64,000 nt of DNA. Origin: Pelagomonas calceolata. Its lineage: Eukaryota. The notes below the pieces were generated by a model that ran no database searches, had not been told where the DNA came from, and saw only the letters and a list, made by a program, of their open reading frames with translations. Shown here piece after piece: positions 1 through 10,885 of the stretch (position 1 is its first letter; each line of letters begins with the position of its first letter). The translations under genes and the position numbers were made by a program. The stretch spans positions 2,604,001 to 2,668,000 of the forward strand of contig CAKKNE010000006.1 in assembly GCA_918797485.1 (NCBI GenBank), written 5' to 3'.

Positions 1-678
1 AAGCCTTTACCTCCAATAAATGATAATATGATAAGGAAGCCTCAACAAATATGTGCGTGCGGCTTCTCTTGTGGGCTGGAGGTGGACTTTCTACGGCATT
101 GTCTTGAATGTGAATCGAGGGAAGGCGACACGGTCGACCTGCTGCTGCTGATGCGGACCTTGGATCCTGACGTTCATCGTAAGGAGGCCGCGATCCGCTC
201 TATGTCAACCGCGCCCGCGCCGTCTCCCATAAACGTCTTGACGCTCGAGGCGGCGACGCCGTCGAAGAAGAAGAAACGCAAGAAGCGGCAAGCTGAGGCG
301 CCGGCACCAGCAGCTAGAATGGGCCGCGAGTCCTACGACGCCTACCCGGCCGAGATTTTGACCCTGGAAGATATTCCGGGACGGCCCGAGTCCGCGGGCT
401 TGAGGTTGGACGGGAGCGCGCTGCGGTCGCCCTTCCTCAACGCGCGCCCGGGGTCCTCGCGGCCCGGCACGGCATCGCGGCCCGGCACGGCGAACTCGGA
501 CAAGTCCGTGACCTGGAAGCTGCCGTCCCTGCCGGCCGTGAAGCAGTCGGAGTTGGGGGAGGTCGAGGACCCGACGGCGTTCCCGGCGCCGCTCGTCGCC
601 AAGGACGACGGCGTCAAGCCGAAGAAGAAGGGGTGGTTCGGGCGTCGTTCCCGGACGCCACCACGTACGCCACCCTAG
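1..678 (+). CDS. 3' part of a hypothetical protein (frame open from the window start; Lys-rich patches, SRPGTA repeats)
   Basis: Frame 1 is open from base 1 to the TAG ending at 678; codon usage is GC3-rich in the second half; no recognisable domain. Confidence 0.55.
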   Translation, partial: KPLPPINDNMIRKPQQICACGFSCGLEVDFLRHCLECESREGDTVDLLLLMRTLDPDVHRKEAAIRSMSTAPAPSPINVLTLEAATPSKKKKRKKRQAEAPAPAARMGRESYDAYPAEILTLEDIPGRPESAGLRLDGSALRSPFLNARPGSSRPGTASRPGTANSDKSVTWKLPSLPAVKQSELGEVEDPTAFPAPLVAKDDGVKPKKKGWFGRRSRTPPRTPP

Positions 679-792
679 GTCGAGTTCGGGTGAGGGTTGT
701 GACTAAGATATGTCTTTGTGTATTTGCCTAACTTACGAGAGAGAACTTAGGAAAGTGGAAACGGCATCTGCGTGCCACGAGACGCGGGCATA

Positions 793-1386
793 TCACCGGC
801 TGCGAAACATATGCGGACATAAATTATTGCCATAGCAAGCCTCAGTGCCGGTACCTCCGAGCCTACGGCCTTGCGCTGTACCGCAGCCCGGTAGTGGGGT
901 GCCGTCAGCGGCAATCGGTTCACCCGAAGAGTCGTAATTGACGCAGCACGACTGCATAGGCGAAATTGTGCACGCTTCACATATTTGGTCGTAAGCCCTG
1001 GAACCGACGGGGAGGGGTTTGGCGTAGTCTGCGGGCACAGAGACTCCTTCGTCGCTGGCAGATCGCCGCCACATGTTCGAGCAGTTCTGCTGCTCCTCGG
1101 GGCAGGCAGTGCACGTGTCCGAGCAAAAATCCGAAATCTCCGGCACGTCTGGGCTCGCGCACGCGCCAAAGTGGTAGGCATGCTGACACTTTGGGACGTA
1201 AACGCCCCGTTCGCACAGCCCCGGGCCATCCTTCAATTTTGATGGCAATGAAGCGATGGCGTCACTAGAGATTAGAACCAGGACGACGGCCGCGCAGAGA
1301 GCAAATAAGGCGGCCGCCCCTACGATGACGGCGCGCGTCAACGACTTGGGGGCAGGCTCGGCCTCGGGAATTGTTGATTGCTCCAT
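793..1386 (-). CDS. Hypothetical Cys-rich protein with a single transmembrane helix
   Basis: Likely ATG at 1386 (MEQSTIP); hydrophobic stretch AVIVGAAALFALCAAVVLVLIS followed by many Cys. Confidence 0.55.
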   Translation of the reverse strand: MEQSTIPEAEPAPKSLTRAVIVGAAALFALCAAVVLVLISSDAIASLPSKLKDGPGLCERGVYVPKCQHAYHFGACASPDVPEISDFCSDTCTACPEEQQNCSNMWRRSASDEGVSVPADYAKPLPVGSRAYDQICEACTISPMQSCCVNYDSSGEPIAADGTPLPGCGTAQGRRLGGTGTEACYGNNLCPHMFRSR

Positions 1387-1496
1387 GGCACCGCGTTCCT
1401 TGTGTGGTGGATAATCTGAATGACGATAATGGTAATGGCCTCGCGCTTTCACGAGCGCGCAATGAGCTCGCGCCGGAACTTGCTAAAAAATCCTTC

Positions 1497-1516
1497 CTAG
1501 TGTCTTACAGGGCTAG
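1497..1516. promoter_or_regulatory. CTAG-N12-CTAG motif between divergent genes
   Basis: ctagtgtcttacagggctag. Confidence 0.5.
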
Positions 1517-1587
1517 CTAACAGCAGCTCGGTTCTCACTTGCCATACGAGCCCATGAATGGAGTTGATGCATGCGTGACAGGCGCGC

Positions 1588-2403
1588 ATGGCTATACCAC
1601 TGGTGCTAGACGTGCGGAGCCAGCCAACTTATGAAGCGGGGCACGCCATCGATGCGTACAACATCCCTTTTGATGAACTACGCGATAGAGGCTTCGAGAT
1701 GCCAAGCCACAAAATGCCATTGGTGGTCGAGTGCGACGCAGCCGACGTCGAGACAGTCCGGGAGTGGTTCGCCACCAGAGACGAGCGGTGCCGCTGGAAC
1801 GTCGTCGACGTGCGCGCCGCCAGCGCGGAGAAATCGGGCCCCGGCGCGCCCGGCCGATTTCTCTTCTCCGGATCACCGCTCCTGGCAGCAATGGAGCAGC
1901 ACGTGCAGGCTGCTGCCGCGGCGCCGGGGTCGCGAGCGCTCGACGTGGGAAGCGGCTCCGGCCGCGACGCGGCGCTGCTGTGCTGTCGGTACGGCTTCGA
2001 TTTGGTGTGTGCCTTGGACCGCGACGCGAAGGCACTGAACCGCTGGACGCGTTTACTCGATCGGCATCAAGTGGCGCGCGAGTCGCGCGTCGCTGTCGAG
2101 GCGACAATTCGCGCGGAGGGAGACCTCACCGCAGCTCTTGCATCGCTCCCGGGGCCGTGGGACCTCATCCACGCGGCGCGGTTCCTGAAACGAGAAATGC
2201 TTGCGGAGCTCGCGTCGCTCCTCGCCCCGGGCGGCCTGCTGCTGTTCCACACCTTCTGCGAGGACCCGCCGCGGGCGCAGCACGCCGTCGCGCCGGGAGA
2301 GCTCCGGCGCGCGTTTTCTTCGCTCGAGATCCTCCGCGACGACGTGGGGGCCATCGACGACGGGCGCGAGCTGTCGTTTTTTGCGGCGCGGAGGCCTGCA
2401 TAG
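1588..2403 (+). CDS. Rhodanese-like domain fused to a class I SAM methyltransferase (TehB-like)
   Basis: VLDVRS...YEAGHAIDAYNIP rhodanese motif; ALDVGSGSGRDA SAM motif I; LAPGGLLLFHTF. Confidence 0.8.
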   Translation: MAIPLVLDVRSQPTYEAGHAIDAYNIPFDELRDRGFEMPSHKMPLVVECDAADVETVREWFATRDERCRWNVVDVRAASAEKSGPGAPGRFLFSGSPLLAAMEQHVQAAAAAPGSRALDVGSGSGRDAALLCCRYGFDLVCALDRDAKALNRWTRLLDRHQVARESRVAVEATIRAEGDLTAALASLPGPWDLIHAARFLKREMLAELASLLAPGGLLLFHTFCEDPPRAQHAVAPGELRRAFSSLEILRDDVGAIDDGRELSFFAARRPA

Positions 2404-2809
2404 TGTAATGTTGTGATCTATGTCATCGTTCTGCCGCGGCTAAGGCGTCTTGGCCAGGAAACCCGTTTTGGCTTGACATTTGGTGGCTCCGAGGAAGCAC
2501 CGCATCTTGGTCAGTCTAGCGTCAGGTATCCACCGCGCGAAGCATCGTCCGAAAGTCATATATTGCGCGTCGATCGGATACGCGCCGAAAGGTGTGCAAT
2601 GCAGCTCGAAAACACAAAATCTCCCCGCAGTCTGTGAGAGTTTTGCAGCGTACGCGCGACGCGAGAGCGTAGACGCCCGCGCGTGGGCCGCGCTGGACGT
2701 ACCGCGTGGCTGCCGCACTCTGGCCGCGATCCCGCGCGCCATCTCGCGATAATCGTTACCGCGTGACGGTCCGCGTCCCGCGCGCAGGCGTATTAAACTA
2801 GCAGCAACG

Positions 2810-3037
2810 ATGACGTCCGCGCGTCTGCTCGTCGCGATGGCCATCGTCGCCTACACGGCCAGCGCCATCAAACATAAATTGGAGATGCAGCAAGAAAAAC
2901 CCGCAGCGCCAGCGAGGCGCGATTCGCCGCGAGACCTCTGCCTGATCGATCGGGCCGCCATCGCTCAGATAGGGAAGTCCAAGCTCGTCTACTACCTGAT
3001 CTTGGCCGGCTCCGGCGCCCCGGGCCCGCACTGCTAG
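2810..3037 (+). CDS. Short ORF with hydrophobic N-terminus; possible gene fragment or pseudogene
   Basis: MTSARLLVAMAIVAYTASA; only 75 aa; no domain recognised. Confidence 0.3.
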   Translation: MTSARLLVAMAIVAYTASAIKHKLEMQQEKPAAPARRDSPRDLCLIDRAAIAQIGKSKLVYYLILAGSGAPGPHC

Positions 3038-3227
3038 CCGCGTCGTCCCGCCCAGAATCGACCTCGGCCATCGATTCCCGCGCCGAGGACTGCATAAGTC
3101 CCCTCTCTGGATTTTGTAGTCCCCCGACGCCATCGACGCGACGAGTCTCCACGAGTACTACCCGGGCCCAAGAGAAATTTCGTCGGGACCGACTTAGCTA
3201 CGCCCCGGGAGGGGGGGAAAGACGCAC

Positions 3228-6200
3228 CTACTTCTTCGCGCGCTTCGCCGACGTGTTGTGCTTCGTCGTCGTCCGCGCGACCGTCGACACGCCGTCGACG
3301 AACTTCGTCCGGAAGACGACGTTCGCGTTGTTGAACATGCCCTCCTTGAGCGACACGACGATGAACTGCGACGCCTTGAAGTGGGCCCTTAACATCACGC
3401 CGATGTTCTGCGTGTGGGACAGGTCGAGGGCCGCGTCGACCTCATCCAGAATATACATGGGCGCCGGCTTGAAGAGGAGCATGGCCAGGACGAGCGAGAG
3501 GGCTATTAATGAGCGTTGCCCGCCCGACAGCTCGGACAGCGACCTGCGTGGAAAGCAAATTTACGGCGCGTGCGGCGATGGGTTGATTCCACACAGCCCG
3601 CGACTCCTTCCAGAGGCCGCCGAAGCCGACTTTCACTTCTAACCCATCTAGCACTGAAGTCGCGCCCTCCGGCGGCTCCAATTTAGCATGCGCCCCCGGT
3701 AGCAACGAGCTAAATATCGAGCCAAAGTCGCGGTTCACCTTCTGCCACGTGGCCTGCGCGGGAGCGACGCCGTCGCGGAACCGCGTGGACGCTCTGAAAA
3801 GTACAGACGCGGCGTCCGCGCCTCGAGCGTCTCCTGCTTCTTCACTTCTAGTTCCGAAATGACCGCTTCTATTTTGGATCTGTCTCTGGCAACAGTAGCT
3901 TTCTTCGCCGTGAGATCATCGTAATCCCGTTCCGACTTCTCGATCATGCCCATGACCCTCTTATTAATTTTGCGAGCGAGCTTGTCCTGGGCGCGCTCGA
4001 GCTTGTCGAGGTCCGCTCGAGCTCGAGCGGCCCCGCCCTCGCGCGCCGCGAAATCATAATCCCCGCCCGCACAGCCGAAGAAGCCCTTCTCGTGGGGGAT
4101 CCACGTGTGCTTTTCCGTTAATGACTCGACCCTACGCGCGGCATTGGACGCCTCCGTTTTGAGTCGAGCGGCCGTGTGCGTCGCTTTCTTGGCCTCGACG
4201 TCGCAGGCCGCGGCCCGTTTCCGAGCGGCGGTAGCCTCCTCGCCTAATTGCCTCGCCTCGGACTCGGCCGCGTCGAGCTCCGCCGCGGCTTCGTCGAGGC
4301 CCGCCTGGGCCTCGTCTCGGACAGCGCAAGCTTCACTCAGGGCCTTGTCGGCGCGCTCCAACGCTCTCTTGGACGCATTCAAGGCATTCTCCAGACCTTT
4401 GAGGGACGTGCCCGAGGCGCTTCTCTCATCACCTATGTGGGAACGGCACCGTCGCGACACGACCGCGACTCTCTTACGAGGCGCTCTGGCGGCCGCGTCG
4501 ACGACATCGAGGCGACGCGAGGACGCCATCTTCAATACCAAGTCACGTTCAAGTTCAGTGACGACGCCGCGTCCGCACCGAGCGCCTGGAGCTCGGCGCG
4601 CGCCTTCTTCAGACGCTTCTCGGCCTCGGACAGGGCCTTCTTCGCCTGGTCCGCGCCCTTCTTCGCCGCCTTCGCGGCCTTGTTGAGCTTCTCGAGCTCC
4701 TGGCGTCGAGCCTGTTCTATTTTTTTGCCGTCGCGCTCGAGGGCCTCCAATTTGGCTGAAGACTCCTCATCTGTCTTAAGAGCGTCCTGGCGGTCGTCCT
4801 CGAGTTGCTGCAGCTCCTTGTCTAGCGTTTCTAACTTGACGACGGCGGAACCGGCGTCGGAAGCTTCAAGCTCCTCGCGAGCAGCGGTTAACTCCGCGGT
4901 CGCGACGCCCAACGCCGACGTGAGCGTCCGCAGCTCGTTGGCGTGCTTTGCTGAAGCGTCCGCTAGCGCACAGGCCTCCCGGGCTCGTTGCGACGCTTCC
5001 GAGGCTTCCGATTGCTGCTGGTGTAAGGCCACGACCAATCCGAGGCAAGCTCCCAGGTTGCCCGACCGAGACCCGCCCGACAGCGTCCCGCGAGGGTCAC
5101 ACACATCTCCATCTAATGTCACACATCTAGCTTTGACACCCGAGTCGAACGCGACCGCGCGCGCGACCTGTGTGTGACATGTATCCCGAAATGCGCTCAA
5201 AATCAAAAGTGAGACCACCCACGTCATCGTGAGATGGAGGCGAGTACGGGACGCCGCAATCAGACGTCCATGCTGTCGCACACGAGAGCCCCCCCAAAGG
5301 CATATTCGACGGCGTTCTTCACGTGTTCTTCGTGGCCGACGAACTCCAATGCGATGCGGGCACTCCCGCCGGCCTTCTTCGCGACACTCGACGCGCGCGC
5401 GCACCGCTTGTCGTCCAATCTACCCGCGCGCACTTTGTTCAACGGAATTAATGTCACTCGTCGACGCAACTGGCCCCGCTCCAGCAACGCTTTGCCCGTC
5501 TTCTCGTCATCTACGACCACTTGGTACAGTCTACCGCCAGCCACGACCTCCAGAGCCGCGGCGTATTTCCCGTCGCAAGGCGTGACTAGTGATGCTAACA
5601 CACCCCGCACCTTCTCCGCATCGAAGCCCTTGCCCGGGTGCTCATAATCAAATTTCAGTCTCGCTTTGAGTTGCGCTTCCGTCCGTTGGGCGCGCTGCGA
5701 GCACTCGCGCGCTTTCTGGGAAAGTTCCTTCGCCTGCCTCTGTAGAGCATCCGCATCACCGGGCGACGTGGCTGAATGCTCATCCACCTTCGATTGACAC
5801 TTAGATACTTTCTCTTCACAGGCCGAGAAAGCTTTCTTCAAACCTTTAGCCGAAGACGCGTACTTGGACGCCAGTTCTGCAGCTTGCTCCCTACGCTTCT
5901 CGAGGGCCGACTGCTTGGCGTCGCACTTCTTGAGGGTCGCGCGCGCGGTTCTCTGAGCGTCCTTGTGGGCCGCCAATTGTTCAGAGACGGACTTCGTGTC
6001 AGTCGCGCCTTTCCCGGCGAGCGCCTCCTTGTGGACCGTCTCGGCCTCGTTCCACGCTTGGTCGGCCTCATCCTTCTCCGTAGAACACTCCTCGACAGCT
6101 TGTTCACATAATGCGACTTCTTCTTTTTTGGCCGATTCAATGCGCTCGTTGTCCGCGGCCGCGTCGGCCTCGCCCTTCAGTCTAGAGTCATCAGCGTCAA

Positions 6201-7311
6201 AAGCCGTTTGCGCGCCCTTCTGGGCCGCCTCGAGCCGCGCGACCTCCGTCGACGCGTCGTCGACGGCTTTTTTGAGCTCCTTGCGTCTTTGGGAAGCTAG
6301 ACCAGCAGCACCGTCCTTCGCGCGGCATTTGGCCTCCTGGGCCTTCTTGGCCTCGGCCTCGTCGGCCTTTGACGCGGCTTCCTGCTCGAGGGCCTGGGCT
6401 TCTCGTTCGGCCTTGGCGGCGCCTGCGTGTTGCGATTGTCATCATCGTGTCGCGGCGACGGCGCCATCGACGCGTCGGCGCCGTCCATACGAAGGCGCCA
6501 CCGCCACGCCATCGACGCGTCGTCCAATGAAGGGAACGCAAGGACGCCGCGCCAGACCCTCGCCCGCCACCGCCGCGTTCTTCTCGGCCTCGTCGTACTC
6601 GGCCGCCACACAAAAGCGCTCCAATCTAGAAACTTCAGCGGCGTTCGCCGACCACCGCAAGTAATGACTTTTTTCCTCCCGTAACCGTTCTAAAGTAGGC
6701 GTAATGTCCGCAGCTAAAACCCGGTCGATCTCGTCGACTTTCGCTTGCTTCTTGTCCAAGGTCTTGAGGGCCGCCTGTTTCTTCGATTCGAACATCCGGG
6801 TCCCGGCCGCCTCCTCGACCATGCTTAATATTTCGGGAGGCTTCATATTTAGGACCTTCGTGATGCGGCCCTGCATGATGAGGAAGTGGGGGTTGTTCAC
6901 GTTGAGCTGGACGGACTGGAAGAGGTTGGCCACACTTGACGCTTGCGCCCCTTTGCCGTTGATGAGGTAGCGGTTGCGGCCGCCCACAACAACTTCGCGC
7001 GTGACACATAAGCGTTTCTCGCCCTCGTAGCCGACCGGCGAACTCTTGATCTCCGAGTTGTCGAAGACGATCGTGACGGAAGCTTTGGTGACTCCCGCTT
7101 GGCCCTGCTTGTAGACTAAATCCTGCAAGTTCGCGGCGCGTACTTGGGAGAGGTTCGAGATGCCGAGGACGAAGCAGATCGCGTCGAGGATGTTGCTCTT
7201 GCCGGAGCCATTTAACCCAGTGATGGCGTTGAACGCGGGATCGAAGCCGCTCACGACCGTTCTTGTGGCATAACTCTTGAAGCCGTCGATGATGACCTCG
7301 AGGATGTGCAT
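3228..7311 (-). CDS. SMC2: Condensin subunit SMC2; 6 exons (introns 6423-6557, 5168-5265, 4433-4578, 3754-3821 GC-AG, 3544-3604); 1191 aa
   Basis: [14 protein letters not shown], Walker [10 protein letters not shown], hinge ([19 protein letters not shown]), LSGGQRSL signature after splicing, [11 protein letters not shown]. All five introns restore frame; exons sum to 3576 nt. Confidence 0.97.
3544..3596. mobile_element. Introner-like TIR element forming the last SMC2 intron (intron 3544-3604)
   Basis: Ends ctgcgtggaaagcaa / ttgattccacacag; flanking 8-mers acagcgac / cccgcgac; the donor GT lies in the duplicated flank. Confidence 0.75.
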
Positions 7312-7676
7312 GGTTGGTTTTTGGAGCACGGCGCGCCTCGGTCGGGCGGCTGCCGAGTGCTCTGGTCTAGCGGCGGCTCGGCGCGGCTAGGAATGTGTTG
7401 ACGTCGCTTCGCGGCGGCTCTGTAACGAACGTTACCGTTCGCTACTGAGTCAGGTGCGCCGCGGCGGCGTTTTAGTGTGCGTAGGGCGCGGTAGCGGGCG
7501 CAACGGCGTGTTTGTGCCAGGCAACTGTAACTCCGGTTTCACGAGGAGCTGAGCCGCTCGTCGCGCTGACAGCGGAGCGCAGGGCTGCTACAGTGCTCCT
7601 TTAACGCGGCTTGGCTCAGCGCGGCGTCAACGTCGCGTATAGAGCGCGGCGCGGGTCGAGCGTCCAAAACAGCTTT

Positions 7677-7698
7677 CTAGTGTCTTACAGGCCGCTAG
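7677..7698. promoter_or_regulatory. CTAG-N14-CTAG motif between divergent genes
   Basis: ctagtgtcttacaggccgctag, identical to the reverse complement of 46163-46184. Confidence 0.55.
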
Positions 7699-7803
7699 CA
7701 AACATTTTTTTAATGGCAAAAAAACAGGGCGCTATGCGCTTCACGCAACTGTTAGAGCTGTGAAATTTGGTCTCAGACTGCTCTCTGATAAGCAACAAGC
7801 GCC

Positions 7804-8319
7804 ATGGCTGCCGCAAAGGCCAGCTTCTTCCCGTACGTGGCCGCGGCGCCAGCCGAGCCCCAAGCACCGCTCAAAGACGAAGCCGCAGCGCTGCGCAAGA
7901 GCCTAGCCGACAAGTCTAAGCGTGACGAGGCGACCGCGGAGACGCGCCGAACGCTGGACGCGCGACGCGAGGCGCAGACCGTCGCGCGGCGCGAGGCGCG
8001 CAAGGCCGAGCGCGCCGCCGCGACGCGCCAAGCCGTCCACGCGACGCGCGTGGCGCTGGCGAAACGTGTGGAAACGGCGCGATTCGCCGCCGAGGCCGCG
8101 GCCGAGCGCTGCGCCAGCGCCGACGCTGATGCGGCTTCGAAACAACGAGCGCGCGCCGATGCGGCTCTGGAGAAGCGTCGCCGAGAGTTCAAGAAGGCCG
8201 TAGAGAAGGCCAAGAAGCGCTTTGATGATGTGGCCCAGGTCTGGGCGCGGCGCGACCGGCGGACGGACGATCGGCTTCGGGACATGCGTGTCCTGCCGGC
8301 CAAAGCAGCTGCTGCGTAA
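7804..8319 (+). CDS. Hypothetical Ala/Arg/Glu-rich coiled-coil protein
   Basis: 171-aa ORF in gccATGg context, divergent from SMC2. Confidence 0.6.
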   Translation: MAAAKASFFPYVAAAPAEPQAPLKDEAAALRKSLADKSKRDEATAETRRTLDARREAQTVARREARKAERAAATRQAVHATRVALAKRVETARFAAEAAAERCASADADAASKQRARADAALEKRRREFKKAVEKAKKRFDDVAQVWARRDRRTDDRLRDMRVLPAKAAAA

Positions 8320-8494
8320 GACCGTGTTCTGTGTACTACGTACATGCTTATGCGTGTGGTGGGTTAAACAGCGGCGTGAGACGAACGCGGCTAGTGTGTC
8401 TATACACTATCAACTCATTTTGCAATTGCCCGTTTTGGGCCTGCTTGGCCGCATTGCTGACGTTCCACGGCTATTCGTAGTCACGCGATTTAAC

Positions 8495-9250
8495 ATGGGT
8501 GACAGGCTCCTGGAGCACGCCCTCGACGGCGACGCTACAACAACGGAGTGGCGTGAAGCCGGGTTCAGAGCTGCCAGCGAGGCCGGCGCCTTTTTTGCGG
8601 TCACAGCTGGCTCACGCATGGCGCAAGCCGCGCTCGGCATCTCGACGCGAGCGCCGCCGGTCGCAGCGCTCGCGACACTGGCCACTGTATGTGTTGGCGC
8701 GGTCGCCGCGTCGTGCGCCGGCGGCGGCCAGTTCCAGTTCGAGCAGTCGACCATTGATGACGCTTTACGAGCGGCCGCGTGCGGCGTGACGGCCTACGCT
8801 ATCCTGGGCGGCCGGCCGACGTCGTTGGCACCGTCCCACCTGGCGTCCGTCGGCGCCTTCGGCCGTCGGAGGGCGTCCCTGGCTGCGTCGCGCAACTACG
8901 CCACCGACGCGCAACGCAAGCAACTGGCGTCTTTAGGAAGACGCTTTGGCTGCCACACCTGCGGCGTCAAGTCTTCTGTACAGTGGATCGCGGATCACCA
9001 GCCGCCCCAGAAGATCGCCGCACTAAGGGACGCGCGCTGGTGGAAGCGGCTGCCGTTCCTTGGCGCGCCGACTTCACAAAGATTCTACCCGCAGTGCGCG
9101 CCCTGCTCGCAGAAGCAGAGCGCCGCCGTACGCGTTTTGAGTGGAAGGAGCGTTCTGCACCTCCCGACGGTGCGGCCGTTCCACCTGACGGGCTTCGTGA
9201 GCGCGCCACTCTCCCGAGCGTCGGCACCGAAGAAGCGATGGTATGAATAA
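8495..9250 (+). CDS. Membrane-associated protein with a C-terminal Zn-binding HNH-like (GCHTCG...DHQPP...CxxC) domain
   Basis: Hydrophobic N-terminal helices; FGCHTCG, WIADHQPP, FYPQCAPCSQKQ. Confidence 0.7.
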   Translation: MGDRLLEHALDGDATTTEWREAGFRAASEAGAFFAVTAGSRMAQAALGISTRAPPVAALATLATVCVGAVAASCAGGGQFQFEQSTIDDALRAAACGVTAYAILGGRPTSLAPSHLASVGAFGRRRASLAASRNYATDAQRKQLASLGRRFGCHTCGVKSSVQWIADHQPPQKIAALRDARWWKRLPFLGAPTSQRFYPQCAPCSQKQSAAVRVLSGRSVLHLPTVRPFHLTGFVSAPLSRASAPKKRWYE

Positions 9251-9304
9251 CGAAACCGAGTATTAATAGGGGGGAGGCCGTGCCACGACGGCCAGGGGGG
9301 TTGT

Positions 9305-10885
9305 TCAAGAAGCCTCGGGCGACACCCGAGATAAAGGCGTCTTCGCGCCCGGGCGAGGACTCCCTTGCTCGGACGACGTCGCGACGCTCTCCTCATCATC
9401 ACAAGTGACGTAGCAGCCCGAGAAGACGCTATTTTCGAACTCCTTGAGCGCTGGGTTCAGCTCCCGGACGCAGTCCTCGAGATCCTCCAAATCCTGGAAC
9501 AGCACCCAGTCCGCTTTTATAAATGTGGCCACTTCGTCCGCCGAGCGGTTATGGGCCACCAATTCATTATGCGTCGAGATGTTGATCCCATACACGTTGG
9601 GATAACGGACCTCGGGTGAAGCCGACACAAAATAGACGTTCTTCGCGCCGGCCTCCCGCGCCATCAGGACTAGTTCCCTGGAAGTAGTCCCTCTCACTAT
9701 CGAATCATCTATGAGTAGTACCGTACGACCGGCGAACTCGCTCTTGATCGTGTTAAGTTTCATGCGGACGCCCTTCCTCCTCATGTCCTGCCCGGGCATG
9801 ATGAAGGTCCTTCCAATATATCTGTTCTTGATGAAGCCCTCTCGGTAGACGCTATCTAAGCTATACGCACACTGCAGGGCGATGGGTCTAGAGGTATCGG
9901 GTACGGCGATGACGACGTCTGGCTTTGGCCTATCACCTAACTGGCGCTTGATTTTGGCAGCCAACTTCTCGCCCATCTTGAGCTGCGCCGCGTAGACGCA
10001 GACGCCGTCCATCGTGCTATCGGGCCGCGCGAAGTAGACGTACTCGAAGATGCACGGCCGGTGCACCGGCCGCTCGGCACAGCGCTGTGTGAGGACAGGG
10101 AAGCCCGGTCTCAATAGGACAGCTTCACCGGGAGCGACATCTCGACAGAGCTTGTATCCTAGAGTGTCCAAGGCTACGGATTCAGAAGCTACGGCCCTGT
10201 CATACTCGTTTTCTAGGGTGCGAGACTTCCTTTCCCCAAAGACCATCGGTCTAATCCCCCAGGGGTCCCGAAAGGCCAGCACGCCGACGTTGTGCACTAA
10301 GACTACTACGGCATATCCTCCCACACATCTTCTCATCGTGCGCTCGACGGCGTCGAAGAGCGTGTCGGGCGACACCGGCGTACTGAGGGGATCTCCCGCG
10401 TGGCCTACGGAACCTCGTCGCCGCGCTTCGAGGTTGGCTGCTAGGTGCTCCGCGAAGACGTTTAGCAAAGCTTCGGAGTCGGAGGTCGTGTTCAGATGTC
10501 TGTGTCTGCTGACGAGCTCCTTCCGTAACCTCTCGGAGTTCGTCAAGTTGCCATTATGCGCCAGGGCCAGTCCGCAGGGAAAGTTCGCGTAGAAGGGCTG
10601 GACGTCGTCCAACCCGGAACCGCCCGCCGTCGGGTAGCGCACGTGGGCTATCCCAACATTCCCGAGCAGTTCCTGGGCCCGCTTCGGGTCCGCAAACACT
10701 TCCCTAACCATGCCCGTGCCCTTGACCGTCTTGAAGGTGACCTTCTCCCAGTCTTGGGACGTCGAGGCCGTCGTGAAGCCGGCGGCGTCTTGCCCTCGAT
10801 GTTGTAAGACGGTCATGCCATCAACCAAGTCGCCGACGCAGTGGCCGTCGCCGTCGGCGAGTAATGTCGCGAGGATGCCGCACAT
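9305..10885 (-). CDS. purF: Amidophosphoribosyltransferase
   Basis: N-terminal MCGI, LQHRGQDAAG, HVRYPTAG, AHNGNL, CIFEYVYFARPDS, LIDDSIVRGTTS. Confidence 0.97.
   Translation of the reverse strand: MCGILATLLADGDGHCVGDLVDGMTVLQHRGQDAAGFTTASTSQDWEKVTFKTVKGTGMVREVFADPKRAQELLGNVGIAHVRYPTAGGSGLDDVQPFYANFPCGLALAHNGNLTNSERLRKELVSRHRHLNTTSDSEALLNVFAEHLAANLEARRRGSVGHAGDPLSTPVSPDTLFDAVERTMRRCVGGYAVVVLVHNVGVLAFRDPWGIRPMVFGERKSRTLENEYDRAVASESVALDTLGYKLCRDVAPGEAVLLRPGFPVLTQRCAERPVHRPCIFEYVYFARPDSTMDGVCVYAAQLKMGEKLAAKIKRQLGDRPKPDVVIAVPDTSRPIALQCAYSLDSVYREGFIKNRYIGRTFIMPGQDMRRKGVRMKLNTIKSEFAGRTVLLIDDSIVRGTTSRELVLMAREAGAKNVYFVSASPEVRYPNVYGINISTHNELVAHNRSADEVATFIKADWVLFQDLEDLEDCVRELNPALKEFENSVFSGCYVTCDDEESVATSSEQGSPRPGAKTPLSRVSPEAS

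Noticed and set aside
5260..6664. Fragmented SMC2 ORFs suggesting a pseudogene
   Set aside because: Five ordinary introns join them into an intact 1191-aa frame
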